A DNA stretch of 64,000 bases from Marsupella aquatica (GCA_973895155.1 OZ316899.1:1-64000), one strand, 5' to 3'. Counted from the first letter of the stretch, positions 38,501 to 49,359 are shown. The notes: a model not told the origin generated them from the sequence alone. A program made the numbers and translations.

Positions 38501-40430
38501 TGCTCCCTTTGGCCCAGTGTCCAAAGCTGCTGACATGGCTATTCTAATCACATTGGCTTGCTACAACATTACTTCGACAAGTCTCAGTGACCCAACAGCA
38601 TCGCGCGTGGTCCCTAACTACTCCGCCGAATTTTCCAAAGCTCAGCACAGTATTGACTTTACACGTGACCTCTTAAGCAAACCATTCATTCCTGTAGACT
38701 GAAGCAACCGATGCTCAGAGTCTCATCGCCTTCGCAGATCATTGGGGGGCAAGAGACCACGGGCAGCACTTGAGAGATAGAATGCATGTCGACGCAGGAG
38801 CTCAATCACCACTGAACAGCCCCGCCTGGCATCACCATTCTCTGGCTCGTGGGGTCCCGCCTTCATTTCTTCAGCGTTTTGCTTCTCGTTGGACTATCGC
38901 AGCTTCAGTTTTTCAATTGGGCTTGTTACCAGTCTTGTCGTCTTGAGCTTCATCGAGGAGTCTCTAACATGTGTACTTGTCACTCGTCTGGTTAGATCGA
39001 CTTTGTATCGACTGCTGCTGCCAACAGATCCTTGTGGTGAGTTCTCACTTCTCTATTTCGAATGTATCTTCCCTCCATATATAGTTAGATCTGACTGGTA
39101 ATTAGCTATTGTATCTCTCAATTATTTTGCACTTTATTAACGTACTCAAGGTGCAAACATGGGATCATTAATTTGGCACTGCGAATGTGTTGGAATATAT
39201 TGGGCAACAGACCACCGGCAGCACTTGAGAGATAGAATGCATGTCGTCGCAGGAGCTCAATCACCACTGAACAGCCCCACCTGGCATCACCATTCTCTGG
39301 CTCGTGGGGTCCCGCCTTCATTTCTTCATCGTTTTGCTTCTCGTTGGACTATTGCAGCTTCAATTTTTCAATTGGGCTTGTTACCAGTCTTGTCGTCTTG
39401 AGCTAGCTTCATCGAGGAGTCTCTAACATGTGTACTTGTCACTCGTCTGGTTAGATTGACTTTGTATCGACTGCTGCTGCCAACAGATCCTTGTGGTGAG
39501 TTCACCTTGAGATCATCAATGAGCACGAGAATACGATATTGATGAAAGCGAAGCACTCCTTCACGTTGGATGCATTCCTCCAGTACCTTCTCGACCAGGC
39601 TGTCAACATTGCTTACTTAAACAAGGTGAGACGAAACTAGATGCGTCAATTTTTCCATTTCTCATGTCTCGAGTAAGGCACGAATTAGAGTGGAGCCAAT
39701 CCAGTACTTCACGGTGAATTCTAGCACACTATTGTGGCTGCGGTAGTCGGCAGATCGGTGCAGATTGACTTGTGTGTTCTGACAAGTCAATCCCCCTCTG
39801 GTCTCTCGTCTCGCTTCTCCTCCTCGTCTCTCTTCTCCTCTTCGTCCTCTTTGTCGTCTTCATCGACCTTCGTGTCGTCGACTTCTTCCTTTTCCAGAGT
39901 TCCGCAATTCTCTCGAGTCAGAGCGTCTCCGCGAGTGCTTTTTTACTGCGGAGTGAATTACCTTACCTTGACGCCCCCATGGGGCGCGTTGACTGCTGGC
40001 CCAAGATTAGTAGGCTGGACCGCTGGAAGTAGTGGTGCTCTGATTATTAGCGTCCGTCAAGTTCAGCACGGCAACTTGGCCCTGGAGTCCCGGACACATT
40101 AGGGGCGCTGCCCTTTGCACAAGGGCCTGATTTGTCCTTAGTTGAACTACAGTTAATTAAGGAGAATTACACCAACATGTTTTTAACTAAATGGCCACTA
40201 GCCATATCAGTGTATTTTATAAGGTTTTTACTTTTTCGCCAGTGACGAATGTACGATGCTAGAAATTAATATTTCTTATTTGATTATTTTACTGACCATC
40301 TATAAAGCTTTTATTCTATAAAGCTGTGAAGAGGGTCGATATATGGCGGATCTTTAGAGGTACGGATGGCTCATAGGCAGTTTTGTGACTTTCGTGGTAG
40401 GAAGCTGCCTTCAATCTGTCCCAAGATAAG
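35566..40430. repeat. Segmental duplication copy B, with insertions (36098-37880, 39785-40300) and internal 207-bp and ~300-bp tandem duplications
   Basis: Collinear with 13047-15463; 38296-38700 is a 207-bp unit twice; 38750-39050 is repeated at 39210-39500. Confidence 0.93.
37280..37358. repeat. Imperfect (GGTCT)n microsatellite
   Basis: Seen directly. Confidence 0.9.
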
Positions 40431-40760
40431 GTTGGGAAATTGGCATAGAGGGTGACCTTGCCATGTATGTTGTATGAGATTGTGGCCATTTCAGCCAATT
40501 CTTTTGATGCTTCAACCGAGTTGTTGTTGCACCTCACTGGTCACGTCAAGTGAACTACTGTCCTACTGCGTTTATGTCCACTAAGGCCCTTGGTGGCTGG
40601 TCGAGTAGAACTCCCACACCAATTGCATCCCCATCCTTCGTGTTGCTCAAAAGTTGGCGAGAGGACTTGGAAAGTTCCCTACCCATCGAGTCAGCACTCT
40701 AACGTCTTCTGGGGAAAGGTTGGGGAAAGATGCTTCCGAGATAAAAATCTCCGAGGCAGT

Positions 40761-40775
40761 CCCTAAACCCTAAAC
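40761..40775 (+). promoter_or_regulatory. Interstitial telo-box (CCCTAAACCCTAAAC) upstream of the PHD ORF
   Basis: Two telomeric heptamers ~550 bp upstream of ATG 41329; regulatory role is inferred from known plant telo-boxes. Confidence 0.4.
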
Positions 40776-41328
40776 ATCCTAAAATCTCCTCCGTGTTTCC
40801 TTGTAGTTCTCCATTTTCTTCTCCATCTGTCATTTTTAACTTATTAAATTTAGTTAACTGAGTTCTCAAATTATCTAGCTACATCTTTGGATACTATATG
40901 CTTCAACATCCCAAGACATTGCACCCCTTGTTTACTCACAGTAGTCAACAAGTTTGGTTACATGCATGAATGGTCTTAGTGTACACATATATGACATTGA
41001 AATCTACAATTTATTATGCAACCCTGAGGATTATCATTGCAATGATAATAATTCTTTTGAATCCCATGGGGAAACCTTTGTATCTTATCTCATTCATATC
41101 CTTGTATGAAATGGTGTTGCAGAGTTCTTTTGGCTTTTCATGTGAACACAGAATTGAGGTGTAGGGTGAGCAATTGTAGTAGTAGGTCAGATCTCTGCGT
41201 GGGCTCACCAAACTGAAGGTAGGGCTGGTGTCCATCCTATACACAGTGACACTTCCAATTCATTCCAATTACAGCAAATGTCTTTCCAGTATGTCAACTA
41301 AACTGCAATGTCTTATTGATTTGTAGGC

Positions 41329-42009
41329 ATGGCACGTAACAAGCAGAAGGCCAAGAAGCCTAAGACAGAGGTGAGCAACACGCAGGTGTTTGGGACAGAT
41401 TGTGAAAAGTTCTCCAAGAGTCAAGTGTACCAGAAGGCAGCTCATTGTTGTGCCATTTGTGATGATGGTGGGGGCTTGGTTATCTGTGATGGCCCATGCA
41501 TGAGACATTTCCACCTAAACCCTGAGTCTAACCTTGCCGTAGAGAACAACTGTCCAGGGGTGGGCCTCCCCTCTGCACACGAGGGAGCCTGGATGTGCAC
41601 TGATTGTGTAGAGAAGCAAGCTAAGTGTGCACAGTGTGGGAAGTTGGGGTCTTATGAGACCTTTGCTGATGCTGGACCAGTTGTTAGGAAATGCCCTGAC
41701 AAATTTTGCATGAGATTTTATTGTTTGTCATGTTTGCCTACTCATGCCACAGTTTGCCCAGTTCATACATGCAAGGCATGTGGTGAGCATGATGATGAGT
41801 ATTGGACAGACATAGTCCATTGTGTTAGATGTCCCACAATGTGGCATTTTCATTGCTTGAAGGACCTTCAAGCAGAAGGCTATGCTTGTGATAGAGAAAT
41901 CTATGATCACTCTGCACATGGCGTTGATCGATGGATATTTTATTGTCATCGCCATCCAATTGATCCTACTTTGCGCATTCCTATCAGAGATCACATATCT
42001 TGGCTTTGA
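41329..42009 (+). CDS. Stand-alone EDM2-type triple PHD-finger protein (226 aa)
   Basis: CAICDDGGGLVICDGPCMRHFH...C...WMCTDC...CAQCGKLGS...CPVHTCKAC...CVRCPTMWHFHCL...IFYCHRHPIDPTLRIPIRDHI follows the EDM2 PHD cluster as I recall it (CAICDNGG...CEGSCLRSFH...CPLHKC...CRRCPKSYH...IYCQEHEIDEELLTPVRDHV); acceptor TTGTAG sits 2 nt before the ATG. Confidence 0.85.
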   Translation: MARNKQKAKKPKTEVSNTQVFGTDCEKFSKSQVYQKAAHCCAICDDGGGLVICDGPCMRHFHLNPESNLAVENNCPGVGLPSAHEGAWMCTDCVEKQAKCAQCGKLGSYETFADAGPVVRKCPDKFCMRFYCLSCLPTHATVCPVHTCKACGEHDDEYWTDIVHCVRCPTMWHFHCLKDLQAEGYACDREIYDHSAHGVDRWIFYCHRHPIDPTLRIPIRDHISWL

Positions 42010-42668
42010 AGCTGAACAAAGTGGGTTGGCATAGTGCCCCTAATGTGGATGTATTGTTTGGAGATTGCAGAGAGTTCATTTTTGATGAGAAGGGCCATTG
42101 AGATATTAGGCAACAGTTATCTTGTGCTTACATGTGGCTAGGTACATGCCACTAAAAACTTATCTTAAGCCTTCCATGATCTCTTCAGACTGAGCAATCA
42201 TTTTGAAAATTAATAAAATTATAAACTTATTATTATGTGTCTATGAAGTATTTAAGGCTTTTTTAACGGATGACAAATTCTTAATTTGTATAAGTTCTTG
42301 ATTCTGATTCAATGGGTAGTCCTTCATTTATAACATACTTTATATGTGTTATCACAAAACAATACTCAAGACACTATCTCCTTTTTGTATTCTGTGCAGT
42401 ATCATTCATGTCAACATTTGTACAATATTGAAGCCAGACCCAAGAAAAGAAGTGACAACTACTTTGGACAAATCAGTACCTTTGGGAAGGTGAGTACCTA
42501 AACATCAAATTTATTCCTTTCTGTCCTCCTAAATCTTAAATGGTTTGTAAATCCAATGACAAAAGTTACAACTTACGGCATTTCGGTACTCAGATCTTAA
42601 ATGGTTCGTGTACTATTTGACCGGAATTGTAATTTTTACTAAATAAATTATTTGTTCTTACATGGCAG

Positions 42669-44033
42669 ATGGGAAAAAGAAAGCGTAATACTTTGAGAAA
42701 AAAAGAATTGGGGGAAGATTTTTCTGTGGATGTATTTGCTACAGTGTGGGAAGACCTTAAAAAATTAGATACCATAAAATTGAAGTTTGCACTTCATTGG
42801 ATTCTATGTCACGACAACATTCTTGAACTTTTTGTTAAAAAAGTTCTTAAACTAGAGTCTTCAAGATTTTCAAGAACACTATTCTTGAATGGGTATCAAA
42901 ATTGTAGAAGCCATATCATTCAGATCTTTCCTCCTGAGGTGTTCATTGAAATTGATGACATCTTTCTTCATCATGGTTTCAGACTAAAATTACCTCAACC
43001 TTTGAAAAAATCAATTTCCATGTTTTCTAATCTTAACATTAGAAAGCTTAAACTTTTTCAAAAAGAAAGAGATAATCTTTGTAGAAGTGGAGGAACTTAT
43101 GCCAAAGTTGAAGTAGACGTTCAACGTATTTCCTCTTCAAAACTAAAAACACTTACTGGTGTAATTTTAGGTGATTGGGATCAAACTACAACAACATTTA
43201 CCTCTGATCCAAACTTTAGTTTCTTAAAATTTCCATCAGACCTTATTATCATAGAAGAAAAGAAAGGGTTTACTTATCTTTTTGATAGGTCTGGAGTCAA
43301 CCCATATCTGATAGCAATGATATTCCATCAAGATATCCTATCACCTGATTCAATGGTCTTCATTCGAAGATTATTAGAACAATTACATGCTGCCCATCAT
43401 GTTATCCAAAGAGGGAAAGGAAAAAGATCATGGGAAAGTAAGATGACGGGGTTTGGTCCTTTTCATAATCCTTACAAAAAAGATCAAAGTTGTGTATCTT
43501 TTTATACCCATGAACAAAAGATAAAGACATTCTTCAATCAAGATTGTCCTGATGCAGCCAATTTTGAAGACATGGTAGATAAATATTCTCATCGAGAGTT
43601 AATCGATATTATTCTTGGACTGTACATGTGGTTATGTCCACAAATGTTAGACAGTTTTTTAGATTATTCTCATCCTTACTTACATTCAAATGATTATAAG
43701 ATGAACATATTTGATAAAGCACTAAAATGTAAAGGTCCTAGTGCTTATCAATTATATATTAGTAAAGATTATTGTGTAGAAACTCACGCTGATCATGATA
43801 CAGCAGAATTTACTTTATGTTATGTTAGTCATCCTAATGCCAAAATTTCTCCTGGAAATTTTGTTATTCCAGAGTATGGAATATTATTACCTATTAGAGA
43901 TGGTAATTTATTTTTATTTCGTAGTGACGTTGTCCATGGCACAGGATATAGAATTCCAACATCAAATCCTATATACGTAGGAGCTGTTACCATAAACAAA
44001 AAATTAGATAGACTTTTACGAAAAAAACATTAA
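42669..44033 (+). CDS. TET/JBP-like 2OG-Fe(II) dioxygenase, copy 3 (454 aa), preceded by a 90-nt exon (42400-42489) and intron (42490-42668)
   Basis: YQLYISKDYCVETHADHD...NFVIPEYGILLPIRDGNLFLFRSDVVHGT; donor AAG|GTGAGT and acceptor GGCAG|ATG. Confidence 0.78.
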   Translation: MGKRKRNTLRKKELGEDFSVDVFATVWEDLKKLDTIKLKFALHWILCHDNILELFVKKVLKLESSRFSRTLFLNGYQNCRSHIIQIFPPEVFIEIDDIFLHHGFRLKLPQPLKKSISMFSNLNIRKLKLFQKERDNLCRSGGTYAKVEVDVQRISSSKLKTLTGVILGDWDQTTTTFTSDPNFSFLKFPSDLIIIEEKKGFTYLFDRSGVNPYLIAMIFHQDILSPDSMVFIRRLLEQLHAAHHVIQRGKGKRSWESKMTGFGPFHNPYKKDQSCVSFYTHEQKIKTFFNQDCPDAANFEDMVDKYSHRELIDIILGLYMWLCPQMLDSFLDYSHPYLHSNDYKMNIFDKALKCKGPSAYQLYISKDYCVETHADHDTAEFTLCYVSHPNAKISPGNFVIPEYGILLPIRDGNLFLFRSDVVHGTGYRIPTSNPIYVGAVTINKKLDRLLRKKH

Positions 44034-45889
44034 TAAAAAAGTAGATATATTATTTGTATTTATAATTATTTTTTATTACTCTGGACAAGTTAAAGTCTAG
44101 ATTCTTTAATTTGAAAAATATAGGATCATAGGAAAATGTGTAAGAGTATGAATCATGGCATCTTATGCTAGGAGTGGAAAAACCAGAGGGTTAAGAGGAG
44201 ATGATGGTCTAACAAAGAAAGGCTTCTTCAAGGGGAGGAGGTGAAAAGGACCTAGTAGTGAAAGTGAATCTCAATGTCAAGTGGATAGTTTTCCTCAACA
44301 TCTCCCTTAAGTTCTTACAAAACCATGAAAGGCCTATAAATACATCATCCATTTTGACACTCTCATCCACTATTAGGTGATTTATCTTGGAGAATAGAAT
44401 GAGAGTGGTATTCTTGACCAAGTATTCATCATGTTGGACCCTAGATATACCATTCATTTCATTTCATGACAATGAGCTTTAAAACCAATTTTCTAGAGGC
44501 AACTCCAAAGCTAGTTAGGACCTGATAGGCACAGTCCCAATCCTAATATTTCTTCAAACCAAGTAAATGGTTTTTTTTCCTTCAAAAAAACCATAGAAAC
44601 CCATGGGAAGGGGGGCCCAACAGGGCAACAAAAACCGAAGTAGCAAAATGCAAACTTGGTGAGACCAAAGGAGTCCAAAGGTGCAAGGGCTCAAAAGGAG
44701 GGAACAAGGTAGGAAAAAACACTAGTCAAAGAAAAATCCTGTAAGTTATGACTGTTTCAACTAGAAAGCCACGCATCCGAACGAGTAATCCACCTAAGAC
44801 ATTCCTTACTCACCAACTCTTTGACTCTCAATAATCTAGTATGTTTTCTACTGGGACCCGAGGCCTCATAAAGGCCATGCAAGGCATCCAATATTTCTGA
44901 AAGGAGGAGATTCAAGTTGAACCTTCTACTTGTCATATAGCAATAAGTATCAAAAGTGTAATTTCTCACTTAAAACCAAGATTCTGATCCCTTAAAGAAC
45001 ATATTTTGGTATGAATTGACTAACTTTCATCATTCTGAGTGATATAGAACTCATAGCTCTACACTTTCTTTACTTCTCAACAAAATAAAGTAAACAAAAC
45101 ATAAAAATAAACTAACTTCAGATTTACAGACTACAAAGGAAATGATTCCAGTTTTGGAGACTCTAGTAAATTATTGCCACACCTTCAGAAAGGACTTGGT
45201 CTCAATATAAGCACGCCTAAAGTCTCTCAACTCATCAATCTTTCTACTGAAGATACAAAATTGAACAGAGATGAAGTTCTGAATCTGATAAACAAAGCAG
45301 CTTTCTGGTTGCAAATGTAATGATATGCCTTAAAATGCCATCAACACGGTTTAACATCAGCATCGCACAATTCAGTCAAACTCTAAGTCATATTCCGGAA
45401 CAAAGCAACGGTACTGAAAGCTCTGAGAATCAAATTTATTTCTCATTCATCAACAACTACTCTTGAATTGGCTAGCGAATCTTGACTCTACAAGCAAGCC
45501 TAGCAGTGAATTCAATACGAGTCTTAGAAGTCTGTAACTAAATTCAATCACCACAGGAATTCATGAGTTTCAATCACAACTTCAAACAAATGTTGCTTCA
45601 CTTCCATACAATGCACTCTCAACATGCCTTGTTACAATGGAAGGAGGAGGGACTATTCAGAAGATCCAATTCTGAATAGAGTGTTGTCTCTAACTCTCTC
45701 TCTCCCTCTCTGGTTCAAATGAGCATCCTACTCTGTCTTATAAGTGCTAAGGTCCTAAAATGAAGGAAATATGAAAAGCTATACCTGTTGAACTTGAACT
45801 AAGTATGAGGAAAGTACAGCATAAGTACTTAGAGGTCGGAAAATACTACTATATGGGTAATCTATTTTGAAAGTTAAATCTAAGTATCG

Positions 45890-46100
45890 GAAAATGAGGG
45901 ACGCTTCTAAAAGCGTCGGGTGTGGATGGACGCTTCTGAGCGTCGAGTCAGAGTGGACACTTTTAGAGTGGACGCAGAAGTACTCGAGAATAGTCGACGC
46001 TGCTGAAAGCATCGGGAGTGAATCATTGGAGAAGAGCGGACGTTTCTGGAAGCGTCGGTCAAAACATGGTCGATGAGGGTAGACGTTTCTGTTTAGCGTC
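45890..46100. repeat. Cluster of short GACGCT-N-AGCGTC inverted-repeat motifs (second cluster at 49157-49245)
   Basis: About five motifs here and three near 49.2 kb, some imperfect. Confidence 0.75.
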
Positions 46101-46329
46101 CAGAATAGAACAAATGTTTGAAAAATGTCAAAAATAAACTATCTTCCAAGAGGAATGGTAGAGATCATCATTCCACATAGCCCTCCATTGAAATTTTGCC
46201 GTGTCCACACAAGACAACCACGCTTTGATTAAAGACCAGTGCTGGATTCTTCATCAAAAATCTTCTGGCTAGGGAATCCAAGTGGTACTCAAGACCATTG
46301 ATGGAATATGGTTGTCATTGGGGTTCACA

Positions 46330-46622
46330 ACATAAAAATTGAGGTCATAAAATTCTTCTCCAATTTGTAATGGCACTTGTTTTACTCTTCCCCAAAGTAA
46401 AATTAATCATCCATCGATTGAGATTTGAGCACATATGGGCTGAACGTGTTGGCGAACTAATTGATGAAACAGTCTGTGGGACAGTAAATTTATTCCAGAG
46501 CCTGGGTCAATAATAAAGTGTTGCATAGTGTGTCCTTCCAATTTAATCTCCCCTTCAAGAGAATACTGAAATACGCAAGAGAGAGAATCACAGCAATCCA
46601 TAGTAGCTTTTACGGTCCACAT
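46330..46622 (-). mobile_element. Retroviral-type aspartic protease relic (Ty3/Gypsy)
   Basis: FIIDPGSGINLLS motif, then LNFYVV...MVLSTTWI in another frame. Confidence 0.6.
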
Positions 46623-46731
46623 GATGACTCAAACAGAATAAGTGTTGCTCAGTGCTTCAATCAGGTCCATTCATACTCCAGGGAATAAACGCCCCTTCAA
46701 ATCTTATATACATGAAGACGTTACAAATCTG

Positions 46732-49140
46732 CTATCTACTCAACAACCCTTGAGTGACAACGTCCGGCCACGAAGGAGGAGTAGGTAACCTTACTAGTCT
46801 CCTAAGTGACTTATACCCTTGAGCAGAAGAGTTCATAGCCTTATTCCGTATCAACTGTTCTCGTAGCTTAACAAGCTCTTTCTCATACTTATGCGGAACA
46901 GCATACCCTTCATGGCAGACCCAAACAGAGTATTGGTATGGCCAAGGAAATTCTGGAGTTATTGGCGGAAAAGGAGCTTCAGCACGTCGGAGGACATATA
47001 CCCAACACCAAATTTCATATTCCGAAAATTTATATCTTCTACCCTTATCAATGGGAGGAATAGCCTTACCCGGCTTATAAGTGGGAATCAACATTCGAAT
47101 ACTCGGTAGATACGTACCAGGTAAAATCTGTTGTTGTTGATGTATACTCTCCATTTCCAGATGTCGGAAAGCTATCCGAAAATCATTCTTCTCCCACTTA
47201 TGAATTGAAGCAAGGTTAGGTATAGGAATTAGGGATGGTAGTACCACTGTGTGCCCAAGTTTGGGAGGTACTCTGATAATACGAGGATCTTCGTCTTCCT
47301 CTCCATCGCTTGGAGCTCCTTTCCAACGAAAAATAATGTCTGGGTTTGAAGAAGGTATCACCGACTCCTTAGTAGGCCAACGTGATAGTACAACAGGAGA
47401 TGAAGATGCAGGAGGTGGAGAAGAATTCCCCATTGTCGTGTTGATGGGCTTCAGCTGCTCAAAATCTGGTGAATTTGATTCATGAAAGATCTGTTGATTT
47501 CTTACACGACGCAACCTTTTCCCAGGTCTTCGAGTATATGTCACTTGAAATTGCTCGGTAATAAGTGAACTCTCATCTCCAAGTGATATCCGAGTACCCT
47601 TATCTCTGCTTGAATCCAGTAAGATAGAAGCTGATGCAGAGCTAAATGCCAAATCAGGTGTTCCAGACAGAGGTATGGGTGGAGATACACTCTTGGTCTC
47701 AGGTAGCCCTAAATTGCTTGAAGGTCCGAGAGATGGAGTGGTCTGTAGACTGTGTTGAGACTCAAGTAATCTCTCTTCTGGAAGGTAAGCTGGAGAAACC
47801 CAATCAACAGATGGGTGTGGAGGAGGCCCTTTTCTCGCCAATGCTTCTGCTAACTCCTCAGACATAATCAGAGCAACTGTTATCCTGGTTTCGGGGGTCG
47901 GCCACATAGGAAATGGCATGACAAAATTAGGTGAAGTTGGTTGTCCAGCTACTCCTTCTACATCTACTATTTCGTCCTCTGAATCAGCCTTAAACAACTT
48001 TACAAGCTCTGGGCATAATACCGCCGGAGGTTCCATTGATTGTTGTACAAGAGGAACCACATCTAGGTTTGGGGAGGGACTACGAGAATCTTCCGAATTA
48101 TACTCCTGTAAAGCTTTTAAAGCATTATTACTCACTTCCATGGGTGGTGAAGCAGGGTTCTGTGAAGTTTTATCATACCCATCCGCTGCAGTAGTATATT
48201 GTTGAGGAGGTTCTCCTGGTAAGCTTTCTTCATCCACATCCATCCTGTCTTCGTCATTCGCTCTGAAAGCAAAATTGTCCTGATCAAGATCTTGATCCTC
48301 TGATGGGTGGGAAAGAATTGGCTCGTCTCTCCCGCCAACTGGTTCTCTTGTCTCTTTCAGTCTCCGAACTTCATTTACCAGCTCAGATTCTTCGCAAGTG
48401 AGTAGTTCGCATAACGCCACCAGTGTTGAACTGGATCGGACTTCTCGTACTTCCGGCAACTCATTTGCTTCACAGGTAGATGCGCTCCAATGGGTACGAT
48501 AGAAAACTTTCTCTGAAAGGAGCAGACATTTATGCTTGTGATAAATGTGAGCTAGATAGGGAGTCAAGTTGGTAAATCTCAACTTTCCAGCTTGCAACCT
48601 GCTACGAAAGTTCTTTACCTGGGTATGAATTACCCTATATAAGATCTTCGTCCAATTGATGGTCTGCTTCTGTTCTAATGAAGAGATAACGGTGGCAGCG
48701 AAAGAAAGAGTAATACGTGTCTGACTCTCTGGATAGAAAATTGGTGACAGAAATCGAAAAAGATGCTGCAAAGAGGTAACTAAACAGTCCGTGGTTACCC
48801 AACCATTTCGCCTCTTAAAGGATTCAGGAGCAAAGAAAGACTCTATATAAGCTCGGGGCTCTCCATCAATCCTCTGCAAATCCTCGCCCGTTGTCGGCGT
48901 CGAGTAGACTCCCGCTATGAGCGCTTCAGTCCAAACACTTGGACGCGAGCGGACACCGATTCCTTCCTCAGCGTCCCACACACCTTGGTCGATGAGGCTG
49001 AACTCGCACATCCTCCAAGGGAAACGAAGTAATTTCTTCAAGCCCATCAATGCAAGATTTGTCCTCAATTGTCGGCGGTCCACCATATTCGATGGGATAA
49101 TTGCGAGTATTGGTCGCGTCGTAAGTTTGGACTCCACCAT
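46732..49140 (-). CDS. Extra ORF downstream of integrase in a Ty3/Gypsy non-chromovirus element (~800 aa; plant-transposon-type N-terminal domain plus P/S-rich region)
   Basis: Intact frame, likely ATG at 49140; GLKKLLRFPW...WTEALIAGVY...GWVTTDC...FLSPIFYP...INWTKIL; same strand as and directly 3' of the integrase. Confidence 0.7.
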   Translation of the reverse strand: MVESKLTTRPILAIIPSNMVDRRQLRTNLALMGLKKLLRFPWRMCEFSLIDQGVWDAEEGIGVRSRPSVWTEALIAGVYSTPTTGEDLQRIDGEPRAYIESFFAPESFKRRNGWVTTDCLVTSLQHLFRFLSPIFYPESQTRITLSFAATVISSLEQKQTINWTKILYRVIHTQVKNFRSRLQAGKLRFTNLTPYLAHIYHKHKCLLLSEKVFYRTHWSASTCEANELPEVREVRSSSTLVALCELLTCEESELVNEVRRLKETREPVGGRDEPILSHPSEDQDLDQDNFAFRANDEDRMDVDEESLPGEPPQQYTTAADGYDKTSQNPASPPMEVSNNALKALQEYNSEDSRSPSPNLDVVPLVQQSMEPPAVLCPELVKLFKADSEDEIVDVEGVAGQPTSPNFVMPFPMWPTPETRITVALIMSEELAEALARKGPPPHPSVDWVSPAYLPEERLLESQHSLQTTPSLGPSSNLGLPETKSVSPPIPLSGTPDLAFSSASASILLDSSRDKGTRISLGDESSLITEQFQVTYTRRPGKRLRRVRNQQIFHESNSPDFEQLKPINTTMGNSSPPPASSSPVVLSRWPTKESVIPSSNPDIIFRWKGAPSDGEEDEDPRIIRVPPKLGHTVVLPSLIPIPNLASIHKWEKNDFRIAFRHLEMESIHQQQQILPGTYLPSIRMLIPTYKPGKAIPPIDKGRRYKFSEYEIWCWVYVLRRAEAPFPPITPEFPWPYQYSVWVCHEGYAVPHKYEKELVKLREQLIRNKAMNSSAQGYKSLRRLVRLPTPPSWPDVVTQGLLSR

Positions 49141-49359
49141 CGCGTCAATCGTAAAGGACGCTTCTCTTGCCGTTCCTAGAAGTGGACGCTTCTTGCAGCG
49201 TCCCGTCAAGACTAAGTTTTAGGGTGGACGCTTCTCTCAGCGTCCAGTGCAAAAACTAAAATTCCGAACACTTGTGAAGGGGGAGGGAATGCTGATTCTA
49301 ATAAAGTACAAACTACCTACCGCCCTCCACTGAAACTATGACCTGTCCCAGGTGAAACA

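Noticed and set aside
41329-44033. Single spliced PHD-TET fusion protein
   Set aside because: The PHD ORF ends in TGA at 42009 and I found no in-frame GT donor after the last PHD residues. A short open frame (LKLNKVGWH...HWRY) follows in another frame but also stops. A fusion is not supported without cDNA.
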